DNA from: an uncultured Gemmatimonadota bacterium
GTDB lineage: Bacteria; SM23-81; DAOVCL01
Direction of reading: 5' to 3'
Length of the DNA: 54,482 nucleotides
Assembly: GCA_964626665.1 (NCBI GenBank)
Contig: CAZVGK010000024.1
Coordinates: forward strand, 1-54,482
The notes beneath the pieces are model-generated. The model saw nothing but the letters and a program-made list of their open reading frames with translations. It searched no databases and was not told where the DNA came from. Position numbers and translations under genes: made by a program. Each line of letters begins with the position of its first letter. Within the stretch, counting starts at the first letter, position 1. Positions 19,836 to 28,670 of the stretch are shown piece after piece.

Positions 19836-21719
19836 ATGGAAAATATTCTTAATCGGATCAACTCCCCCCAGGATTTGAAGGGGCTTTCCCTGGAGGAGCT
19901 GCAGGCCCTGGCCTCCGAGTTGAGGGAGGAGATAATTGGGGTGGTCTCCCAAAATGGTGGGCATCTGGCCCCCAACTTAGGGGTGGTGGAGCTCACCCTG
20001 GCCCTTCATTATGTCTTCAATACCCCCACGGACAAGATCATCTGGGATGTGGGCCATCAGGCCTATACCCACAAGCTGGTCACCGGGCGGCGGGATAGGT
20101 TTCCTACCCTGAGGAGATACCGGGGGATAAGTGGCTTTCCCAAGAGGGAGGAGAGTCCCTATGATTGCTTTGGCACGGGCCACGCCTCCACCTCTATTTC
20201 GGCGGGCTTGGGGATGGCCCAGGCCAGGAACCTGCGCGGGGAGGATTACAAGGTAATAGCGGTGATCGGGGATGGGGCCCTCACCGCGGGGCTGGCCTTT
20301 GAAGGGTTGAACAATGTGGGGGCATCGGAGACGGATATGCTCGTGGTCTTAAATGACAACCGAATGTCCATCTCCCCCAGCGTGGGGGCCTTCTCCAAGT
20401 ATCTAACCAATGTGCTCACCGTTCCCATCTACAACCGGCTGCGGGCGGAAATCTGGGATTTCATCGGAAGGCTGCCGGAGTTTGGGGAGAAGATTCAGGC
20501 TGCGGTGCGCAGGCTTGACGAGAGCCTCAAGGGCTTAGTCCTCCCGGGAATATTCTTTGAGGAGTTGGGGTTTAGGTATATCGGGCCGGTAGATGGCCAT
20601 GACATAGGTCTGCTCATCAAGACATTGGAGGCCATAAAGGATATGAAGGGGCCCATTCTCCTCCACGCCCTCACCAAAAAGGGGAAAGGCTACCAGCCTG
20701 CTGAGGAGAACCTGCCCAAGTTCCATGGTTTGGGGGCCTTTGACAAGGTCACCGGGGAGGTGAAGAAATCGCAAAACCCTTCCTATTCCCAGGTGTTTGG
20801 CCAGACCCTGGAGAAGTTGGCCGAGAAGGATGAGCGAATTGTGGCCATTACCGCAGCGATGTCTTTGGGAACCGGTTTGGAGGGATTCTCCCAGAAGTTC
20901 CCTCAGAGGTTCTATGACGTGGGGATAGCCGAGCAACATGCGGTGACTTTTGCCGCCGGGCTGGCCACCCAGGGGTTAAGACCGGTGGTGGCCATCTACT
21001 CCACATTTCTCCAGCGGGCCTATGACCAGGTAATCCATGATGTCGCCCTCCAGAGGCTTCCAGTTGTCTTTGCCATCGATCGGGGAGGATTGGTGGGGGA
21101 GGACGGCCCCACCCACCATGGGGCCTTTGACCTCAGCTACCTCAGGGCCGTGCCTAATATGGTCCTGATGGTTCCCAGGGACGAAAACGAGCTGAGGCAA
21201 ATGCTCTACACTGCCTTGAGGTATGAGAAGGGGCCGGTGGCCGTGCGGTACCCCCGGGGCTCAGGCCAGGGTCTTCCCTGGGAGGGGAGGTGGCGAAGGC
21301 TGCGGATGGGCTCCTGGGAGGTGGTCAGGGAAGGGGATGATCTGGTTATCTTGGCCGTGGGATCGATGGTTCATTACTCCCTGCAGGCCGCGGAGAGCCT
21401 CACCAAATGGCAGGTAGGGGTGGTAAACTGCCGCTTCATCAAGCCATTAGATACCAACTTTTTAAGGGATCTTGGCCAGAGGGGGACCCCCCTCCTCACC
21501 GTGGAGGATAACTCCCTCTCCGGGGGATTTGGCAGCGCTTGCTTGGAAGCCTGGACCCAGATGGGGCTTCCTCCATCGAGGATAGGGCTGATGGGCATCC
21601 CGGATAGGTTCATCGAGCATGGGGCCAGGGGCAAGCTCCTCTCCAATCTGGGCTTGGACGAAAAGGGGATTGCTAAAAGGGCAAGGGAGATATTAGCAGA
21701 TTCAGGGGAAAAGGGATAA
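19836..21719 (+). CDS. dxs: 1-deoxy-D-xylulose-5-phosphate synthase
   Basis: GGHLAPNLG, WDVGHQAY, GDGALTAG, EDGPTHHG; start placed at ATG 19836. Confidence 0.97.
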   Translation: MENILNRINSPQDLKGLSLEELQALASELREEIIGVVSQNGGHLAPNLGVVELTLALHYVFNTPTDKIIWDVGHQAYTHKLVTGRRDRFPTLRRYRGISGFPKREESPYDCFGTGHASTSISAGLGMAQARNLRGEDYKVIAVIGDGALTAGLAFEGLNNVGASETDMLVVLNDNRMSISPSVGAFSKYLTNVLTVPIYNRLRAEIWDFIGRLPEFGEKIQAAVRRLDESLKGLVLPGIFFEELGFRYIGPVDGHDIGLLIKTLEAIKDMKGPILLHALTKKGKGYQPAEENLPKFHGLGAFDKVTGEVKKSQNPSYSQVFGQTLEKLAEKDERIVAITAAMSLGTGLEGFSQKFPQRFYDVGIAEQHAVTFAAGLATQGLRPVVAIYSTFLQRAYDQVIHDVALQRLPVVFAIDRGGLVGEDGPTHHGAFDLSYLRAVPNMVLMVPRDENELRQMLYTALRYEKGPVAVRYPRGSGQGLPWEGRWRRLRMGSWEVVREGDDLVILAVGSMVHYSLQAAESLTKWQVGVVNCRFIKPLDTNFLRDLGQRGTPLLTVEDNSLSGGFGSACLEAWTQMGLPPSRIGLMGIPDRFIEHGARGKLLSNLGLDEKGIAKRAREILADSGEKG

Positions 21720-21927
21720 GAATATCCTATGAGCCGTCAGGTGCCCTCACCCACTATTAATCCTTCGATTATCGACATCAGGAGACAGCTTGCCCTACTT
21801 TGACGAAAAGCGGTACAAATCAAAGAATTACCTATAGTATTTTCCTGGATATTTTGTGGTGAATTGTTATGACCTCTTTATCTATTCGCGTAGATTCGTT
21901 TATTAGTGTCATTCGTATCCAAAGATT

Positions 21928-21983
21928 CAGTGAAATCCGTGTAATCTGTGGCCCTTGTTTGGTTGCGGCTTTGCCGCGCTGTG
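21928..21983 (+). repeat. Dispersed repeat family B (ends TTTGGTTGCGGCnnnGCCGCGCT)
   Basis: About 56 bp near-identical to the reverse complement of 44023-44078; short end copies at 36008-36033 and 47405-47430. Confidence 0.7.
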
Positions 21984-22008
21984 AACTGTCAGCTGCCTTT
22001 GGAGGTGA

Positions 22009-23406
22009 TTGAAGCTGCCGCAATTTAATAAAATAACAGATGAAATCCTGCGGGAGATCTCCGATATCTGTGAGGTGGTTACCGACCCCGCCATAACGGA
22101 GGCCTATGGCCGAGATGAGACATCTGACCTTTACTCCCTCCCCGAGGCGGTGGTCAGGCCCACCAAGGCCGGGCAGGTCTCCCAGCTCTTGAAACTCGCC
22201 TCCGAAAGGTTATTTCCAGTTACTCCGCGGGGGACAGGCACCGGCCTCTCCGGGGGGGCCGTGCCGGTTATGGGGGGACTGGTCATCTCCCTGGAGAAGA
22301 TGAATAGATTGCTTGAGGTGGATAAGGAAAACCTGATGGCCGTTGTCGAGCCGGGGTTGATCACCGGAGAGTTCCAAAACAAAGTTGAGGAGCAGGGATT
22401 ATTCTACCCCCCTGATCCGGCTAGTTTAGACTCCTGCAGCTTGGGGGGGAATGTGGCTGAGGGGGCTGGCGGTCCGCGGGCCTTTAAGTATGGCATCACC
22501 AAGGATTATGTCACCGGCCTGAGGTTGGTTCTGGCTTCAGGCGAACTCATTAACTTGGGGGGGAAAATAATCAAGGATGTCTCCGGCTACAATCTCATTG
22601 GAACATTTATTGGATCCGAGGGCACCTTGGGGATAATTACCTCTATTATCCTTAGGTTGATCCCCCTGCCGCCCCACAAGGTTGACCTCTTAGTTCCCTT
22701 CCCCTCCCTGGAGAAGGCCGGGGAGACCGTCTCCCTCTTAGTGGAGAAGGGGATTGTCCCGGCCACCATTGAATTTATGGAGAGGGATGCCCTCCTTGCC
22801 TCGGAGAAGAAGATCCAGAGGGAAGTCCCCTTTAGGGATAAGGCTGCCCAACTGCTCATTGAAATAGATGGCCCAAAAAAGGAGGAGATTGAAGGGCTTT
22901 ATGAGACCATAGGCGAGGTTTGCCTTGATCAGGGGGCAGACGATGTCCTGGTGGCCGACAACCGACCGGATCAGGAGAGGATGTGGGAGGCCCGGCGGTC
23001 GATCACCGATGGCCTGGAGCTGCTTAGCTCTATCATTGACAAGGAAGATGTGGTCGTCCCCCGCACCCAGATAGTCGCCTTCCTCAGGGCCAAGGAGGAG
23101 ATGGCCCAGAAATATGGGGTGCAGATCGTCTGTTTTGGTCACGCCGGCGATGGCAACATCCACACCAATGTGCTTAAGGGGGAAATGGCTGATGAGCAGT
23201 GGAAGAAGGTGAGAAGGGAGATAGATTATGAGATCATCCGCACGGTTCTCTCCTTGGGGGGTACCCTCACCGGTGAACATGGCATTGGGGCAGTGAAGAG
23301 GGAATACCTCAAGGAGTTTGCCAGCCCTGCGGTGATCTCCTTGATGCGGGGCATAAAGCAGGCCTTCGACCCCCAGGGCATAATGAACCCAGGAAAGGTT
23401 TTGTGA
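22009..23406 (+). CDS. glcD: FAD-linked oxidase, GlcD/D-lactate dehydrogenase type
   Basis: PRGTGTGLSGG, YPPDPAS, GSEGTLG, GHAGDGNIH, GEHGIG, MNPGK. Confidence 0.88.
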   Translation: MKLPQFNKITDEILREISDICEVVTDPAITEAYGRDETSDLYSLPEAVVRPTKAGQVSQLLKLASERLFPVTPRGTGTGLSGGAVPVMGGLVISLEKMNRLLEVDKENLMAVVEPGLITGEFQNKVEEQGLFYPPDPASLDSCSLGGNVAEGAGGPRAFKYGITKDYVTGLRLVLASGELINLGGKIIKDVSGYNLIGTFIGSEGTLGIITSIILRLIPLPPHKVDLLVPFPSLEKAGETVSLLVEKGIVPATIEFMERDALLASEKKIQREVPFRDKAAQLLIEIDGPKKEEIEGLYETIGEVCLDQGADDVLVADNRPDQERMWEARRSITDGLELLSSIIDKEDVVVPRTQIVAFLRAKEEMAQKYGVQIVCFGHAGDGNIHTNVLKGEMADEQWKKVRREIDYEIIRTVLSLGGTLTGEHGIGAVKREYLKEFASPAVISLMRGIKQAFDPQGIMNPGKVL

Positions 23407-23756
23407 TGGGGAAGAAAGAGATTAAAAGTGCAATTACTGAGGAGGGGAAGGAAGTGGAGTGGCGACATCCCGGGGGGAAGTTACGCAAGTTGGGTCCAGA
23501 ATCCTGCACTAATGCAGAGCTTTTGGCTATTCTCATAGGATCTGGCGGTCCTGGTAGATCAGCTGAGGAAATTGCCAACGAAATCCTAAAGAAATTCGAC
23601 TCCTTCAAGGGATTAGCTAATCAACCCTTTGAGAAACTCTATCGGATAAAAAACCTGAAAGAGGTAAGGGTAACTCGGATAGCAGCAGCTTTTGAGATTG
23701 CTCGCAGAATTGTCAAACAGGTCCTGGAGGAAAGGGAAAATGCCCAGGATTCCTGA
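23406..23756 (+). CDS. RadC (UPF0758) N-terminal/HhH-only protein lacking the JAB domain
   Basis: KLRKLGPESCTNAELLAILIGSG...ILKKF...IAAAFEIARR matches the RadC N-terminus; ORF ends before any JAB motif; TGATG overlap with glcD. Confidence 0.8.
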   Translation: MGKKEIKSAITEEGKEVEWRHPGGKLRKLGPESCTNAELLAILIGSGGPGRSAEEIANEILKKFDSFKGLANQPFEKLYRIKNLKEVRVTRIAAAFEIARRIVKQVLEERENAQDS

Positions 23757-26700
23757 CATCTCTGGATTCACTCACCATTATACTGAAAGGACTGTAAACC
23801 AGCGTTTCGTGGAATGGATAAACCGAATCATCGAGGACAAAAACCTGGATTTTGGTATTGCCCTGCAGGAGACTGGATTAAGCAATAGAAGATCACCGGA
23901 CATTATCATCCAGGAATCTCTACAGAGCAAGCAGGTTGTCTGCCTCATTGAACTGAAATTACCCCACTTCGATGTCCTCAGTGAAAGTGAACTGGTCGAA
24001 CCCGCATTTAAAAAAGCCTATAAATTGCAATCTCCTTACTTTGCCACCTCAAACATTAACCAGTTGATCCTTTTTTCCACTCAAAAGCGAAGCGAATTGA
24101 CCTACTATCCAGAGCAGATTGTCAATACCTATCGGCTCTCCAGTGTCACTGGCCCAGATCTCATAGACCAACCAGGGATTCGCCTCCAAATTCAGCGGAA
24201 TTTAGAGCGATTCCTAACCGAATTCTATGAAATAGCCAAGAAGAAAAAATCCATCCCGAAGAGGTCCATAGATGAGATTCTTATCCATCGCCTCCGCTCA
24301 GCAATCGATACCTTGCAGGTGCACTATCAGAAGTCAATAAGAGAGAGAATAACCGAAGGCAAATTTAGCAGAAGGTTGAAGAAGTGGTTTGGTGAACAGG
24401 GTTGGAGTTACTCCGGTCAGGCCCCGGATATAGAAAGGGTTGCCCGGCAGACAGCCTATCTTCTTATTAACAAAATTCTCTTTTATACTGCTTTACAGGA
24501 GAAATACAAGCTTAGCCCTCTCTCCATCCCCGCAGATCTCACCGATAGCAAAATTCTCAAAGGCACTCTTCAGCTCTACTTTAACAGTGCCCTGGATATT
24601 GATTATGAAACCATCTTTACCACTGATTTCATCGATGAGCTTGCTTTTCCCCAAGCGTGGGGAGCGATCCTGACCATTAGAGAGGTACTTGATGATATAA
24701 AGCGCTATAAGCTCTCCGAGTTGGATTACGATATTGTTGGTCGCATCTTTGAACGGCTCATTCCCTGTGATGAGCGTCATATGCTCGGTCAATATTTCAC
24801 CCGTTCGGACATTGTGGACCTCATTTTAGGTTTCTGCTTACAGAAAGAGGAGGATAAAGTATTTGACCCTGCTTGTGGCACAGGAACCTTCCTCGTCCGT
24901 GCCTACAAACGAAAGAAACTTCAGAATCCTCGTTTAGACCACAATGCCATTTTGCAGACCCTCTGGGGAGGAGACATTGCCAAATTTCCCGTTTCCTTAG
25001 CTACCATCAATTTAGCCATTAGAGATTTAGGCGCTGATGAAAACTATCCCGGGATATTCCAGAGTGATTTCTTTCAATTGCATCCTGACTTGTCGGAGTT
25101 CGTGCAACCTCGAAAAGTAATTGTTCGAGCATTAGATAAAATGAAAATAGAACTTGAGCTCCCTCGCTTTTTTGATTGCATAATAGGCAATCCTCCTTTT
25201 ACCAGGCAGGAGGAGATGGAGGAACTCATCGGTGGAGAGGGATATAAAAAAGAAATTATTGAAACTGCCACCTCTTATCGGAACAAGAAGATTGCCAATT
25301 TGGGTAAGCGAGCTGGAATTTATGCCCATTTCTTTCTTCATGGCTGGAAGTTCTTACACGAAGGAGGCCACTTCGGATTTATCGTTTCCAACTCCTAGCT
25401 TGATGTGGACTATGGGAAATACCTGCAAGAGTTCTTCCTCGAACAATACAAAATCGTTGCCATTATTGAATCCAAAGTGGAAAGGTGGTTTGAGGAGGCA
25501 GATATTAACACTTGCTTAGTTATCCTGCAAAAATGCAGTCAAAAGAAGGAAAGGGATGAAAATCTTGCTCGCTTTGTCTATCTTAAGAAACCTTTGACCC
25601 ATTTTATCCCTCCTGCAGACGACAACTGGGAGACGGAAATCAACCGTCGTAATCAAGTTGAGAAACTAAGGGAGTTAATCCTCGGTCAAAACCAATTTTA
25701 TGAAAATGAAGAGATAAGGATCTATCCCAAATCGCAGAGAGAATTATGGGACGAAGGATATGACAAGGAGAGCAAAAAATATGTCGGTTCAAAATGGGGT
25801 AAGTATATCCGTGCCCCCCAGATTTTCTTCAAAATTTTGGAGAAAGGCAAAGGGAAACTTGTCCCCTTAAAGGAAATCGCTGATGTTCGTCGGGGATTTA
25901 CTACAGGTGCCAATGAGTTCTTCTATCTTACTGAGGAAAAAATAAAGCAATGGGGTATTGAGAAGGAGTTCTGGATGCACAAAGAAGGGGAAAAATGGGT
26001 GCCAAATTGTGTCTTACGATCTTTTAGAGAAACTTCCAGCATTGCTATTCAGCGAGATAAATTGGTTTCGCGAATCTTACTTGTGAATAAGGATAAAAAG
26101 AATTTAAAAGGTACAAACGCATCGGGATATATAAGGCAAGGAGAGACAAGAGAATTCGGTGGCAAAATTCCATCTCAGACCGAAACATGTCGTTCAAGAG
26201 GTACAAAGTGGTATAACCTCGGCAAAAATGAGTTAACCCATATTTTCTATCCACGACGAATTGGTGATCGATTCTTGATTCCTTATAGTCCTGAACCGAT
26301 ATATGGTAGTGACAATCTCTTTCCTGTAACTGCAAATAACAGAAAATTCGTTGAACCACTGGCAGCATTTCTGAATAGTGTTGTTGCAGCACTTTTCAAT
26401 GAAATTTCAGGGAGGAAACTCACTGGGGCCATAAATGTAATCGACATGGATGTATGGATGGCACAGAAAATATTAGTGCCAAACTTCAACATTCTTCCGC
26501 AAACTACGATGACACAATTAATCAAAAAGTTCTCTGTATTCAATTTAAGGGCTATTGAGCACTCATTGAAAGAATTTGGTGCCTCCTCTCCTGAAGAAGT
26601 CTCTTTAGCTAAAGTCAAACCTGACCGCAGGGAACTGGACAAGGTTGTTATGGGGGATATTTTGGGTCTGACCGAAGAGGAACAACTTGAAGTTTATCGT

Positions 26701-27225
26701 GCAGTTGTTGATCTGGTAAGCTCTCGAATTAAAAAGGCGAAGAGTGTGGATAGGAAAAAGAAAATTAACAGCGGCATAGACATTGATGCTTTTGTGAAAA
26801 CAGTAATGGAGGAAGTAGGGGAGAAGACCTTAGCAAAATTTTATCAAGAAAAAATACTAACTCATAAACAACTTTACACAAAGAAACTCCCAAAACCTAC
26901 GAGTGAGATTGGGCTTGAGGCGGAGTTGGGTTTAAAATTTGAAGAGGAGATCCACAAATATCGGCTCTATTCAGGTAAAAAACATATCTTCTGTAAGTCT
27001 GAGCCAGAAGCCCGCTACCTCAAAGTTTGGGTGGAAACGGGATTGGAAAGTGTTAAAGTTCCCAAAGATGAAGATCGTTTAGCTAAAGTAGTTCCCCCAT
27101 TAGAAAAATTGATGGAGAAAATCAAAAAGATAATAGAATCCTATACCGACTCTATCCTCCAGCCCAAGCTCCGCCAGAGAATTCTCCACCAACTTTGGCA
27201 AAAGTTAACTGAAGGAATTGAATAA
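23740..27225 (+). pseudogene. Type IIG-like fused restriction endonuclease/N6-adenine methyltransferase with a single in-frame TAG at 25396-25398
   Basis: PD...ELK nuclease motif, GQYFT, FDPACGTG, GNPPF, then IVSNS*LDVDYG; the two listed ORFs share one frame; TRD-like region and RRGFTTGANEFF follow. Confidence 0.85.
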
Positions 27226-27245
27226 GGGAAAAAGGCAGAGGCGGA

Positions 27246-27445
27246 GGTCTTCCCAAGCCCAATCGGGATTATTCTAACATAGACCCTGATGATGTTTCAC
27301 TTGACAAGGTAATGCTTGACTGCCGGAAACTGGATAGAATTATCTTCGAGGCTCTTGGCTTGACTGAAGAGGAGTAACTTGAGGTCCACCGCGAGTGGTG
27401 GTGGAGTTGATGAAAAACAGGCTGGTGAAGGCGAGGAGTGGGTGA
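27246..27445 (+). pseudogene. Relic C-terminus of a second Type IIG RM gene
   Basis: Translates as VSLDKVMLDCRKLDRIIFEALGLTEEE*LEVHR/VVELMKNRLVKARS, paralogous to VSLAKVKPDRRELDKVVMGDILGLTEEEQLEVYRAVVDLVSSRIKKAKS at about 26600-26750. Confidence 0.8.
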
Positions 27446-27446
27446 G

Positions 27447-27845
27447 GTGCGCTACGGTCCGAAGAAACACCATCGGCGCTCAATTCGATTAAAAGGGTAC
27501 GATTACTTACAAGCCCAACCATGTGCACGGTATAATCTGGATTACTTAGGGGCGATTCATGAATCGCCCCTACAGGATGTTCAGAAACATAGACCTCGTT
27601 CATTATTATCCAAAATTATCGGGTATTTCAAAATGAACATTGCAAAACAGATAAATATTCTTCGCGCCACTCCCGGTATTCCCCTCTGGCAACGAAATTA
27701 TTACGAACACATCATCCGTACAGAGGATGAATTGAACCGCATCCGAGAATATTTACAAAGTAATCCGTTACGGTGGGAATTGGATCGTGAAAACTCTAAC
27801 AGAACTAACATGGATGAATCTGATCAATGGTTATACGGTGGTTAG
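27447..27845 (+). pseudogene. REP-associated tyrosine transposase (RAYT/TnpA-REP), internally deleted
   Basis: HHRRSIRLKGYDY and LWQRNYYEHIIR...NP motifs; HUH motif PNHVHGII lies out of frame immediately after YDY. Confidence 0.85.
27547..27572. repeat. REP palindrome inside RAYT
   Basis: Perfect 26-bp palindrome TAGGGGCGATTCATGAATCGCCCCTA. Confidence 0.85.
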
Positions 27846-27873
27846 GTAGGGGCGATTCATGAATCGCCCCTAC
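27846..27873. repeat. REP palindrome downstream of RAYT
   Basis: Perfect 28-bp palindrome GTAGGGGCGATTCATGAATCGCCCCTAC. Confidence 0.9.
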
Positions 27874-28220
27874 TCAAACAGAAGAAAGTCCATATGGCAA
27901 ATCTTTTGAAGATTGCCAATCCCGATGAGGCACTCTATCGGGAGATTATGGTTGCCCTCCGGTATAAAGATAACATGGTTCGGGTATTGACATTTGACCC
28001 AAAATGGCGGGGGTGAGACTCCGGTCCAAATACCAGGTATGGGTTGAGAAAGCCTGGGGCGTCAGGATAGAGGACATTAAGTCCTGCCCATCCAGTTTGG
28101 TATCGGGATGGCAACCGATCAAGAAAGGCCATTACTGGAGCGCCTACCCTATTGAGTGAGCCCCCGCCATTTAGAAAATAGGCGGGTTAAGGCAAAGAGT
28201 TTGCAAAGGGTTATGACCCT

Positions 28221-28268
28221 GTGATGCCTAATTACATCCACGGTATTGTATTGTTAAAGGATTGCAGA
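28221..28268 (+). pseudogene. Second RAYT fragment (HUH region)
   Basis: VMPNYIHGIVLL resembles RAYT VMPNHVHGII. Confidence 0.5.
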
Positions 28269-28303
28269 AGTAGAGTCCAATGTTGCTGAGCCAAAATTTC
28301 CGG

Positions 28304-28355
28304 GTAGTCGCAGACTTCAATCTGTGTCCTGTCGCAACTTAAAGGTTGCCGCTAC
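28304..28355. repeat. GTAG-family REP doublet
   Basis: GTAGTCGCAGACTTCA ... GCAACTTAAAGGTTGCCGCTAC, similar to 11073-11146. Confidence 0.6.
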
Positions 28356-28561
28356 CATTTCGGTGGGGCTCCGATTTGTTGTTGTGCGAGGGGCTCTGTT
28401 AGGGCAGAGCCCTATGACACTGAAATTCCGTAAATCCTGTTATCCTGTCAAAAAGATCCCGCTGCTTATGGCCAAGTTCACTGAAGGTTTTAGGATCTCC
28501 TAACCAAACATTGAAACAATATTGTTTGTTGGCCTATAGCGCTTAACTTCAGGAGGTAAAA

Positions 28562-28669
28562 ATGGGTAGTTTCAAACTTTCCTTAGGTTTCTGGCTTCTC
28601 TATCTTGTCTTTCCAATCGGCCTGTGGCTGGCTGCCCTCATCAAGTTTTTAAGGGAAAGGAGGAGATAG
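28562..28669 (+). CDS. 35-aa single-TM protein, probable small accessory subunit of the sodium:solute symporter
   Basis: AGGAGGT RBS; MGSFKLSLGFWLLYLVFPIGLWLAALIKFLRERRR; stop lies 1 nt before the putP ATG. Confidence 0.75.
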   Translation: MGSFKLSLGFWLLYLVFPIGLWLAALIKFLRERRR

Positions 28670-28670
28670 A

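Noticed and set aside
7059-23280. Many 60-290 aa minus-strand ORFs opposite thrS through glcD
   Set aside because: Antisense shadows of well-conserved genes, with no recognisable motifs or RBS
25396-25398. Genome-wide TAG reassignment or pyrrolysine
   Set aside because: TAG ends elbB, zapA, ispA and xseB at their expected C-termini; no pyl genes or obvious PYLIS-like hairpin in the window
25405-27225. Independent specificity-subunit gene starting at GTG 25405
   Set aside because: No RBS, and the break falls inside a conserved MTase motif, so it is the second half of one gene
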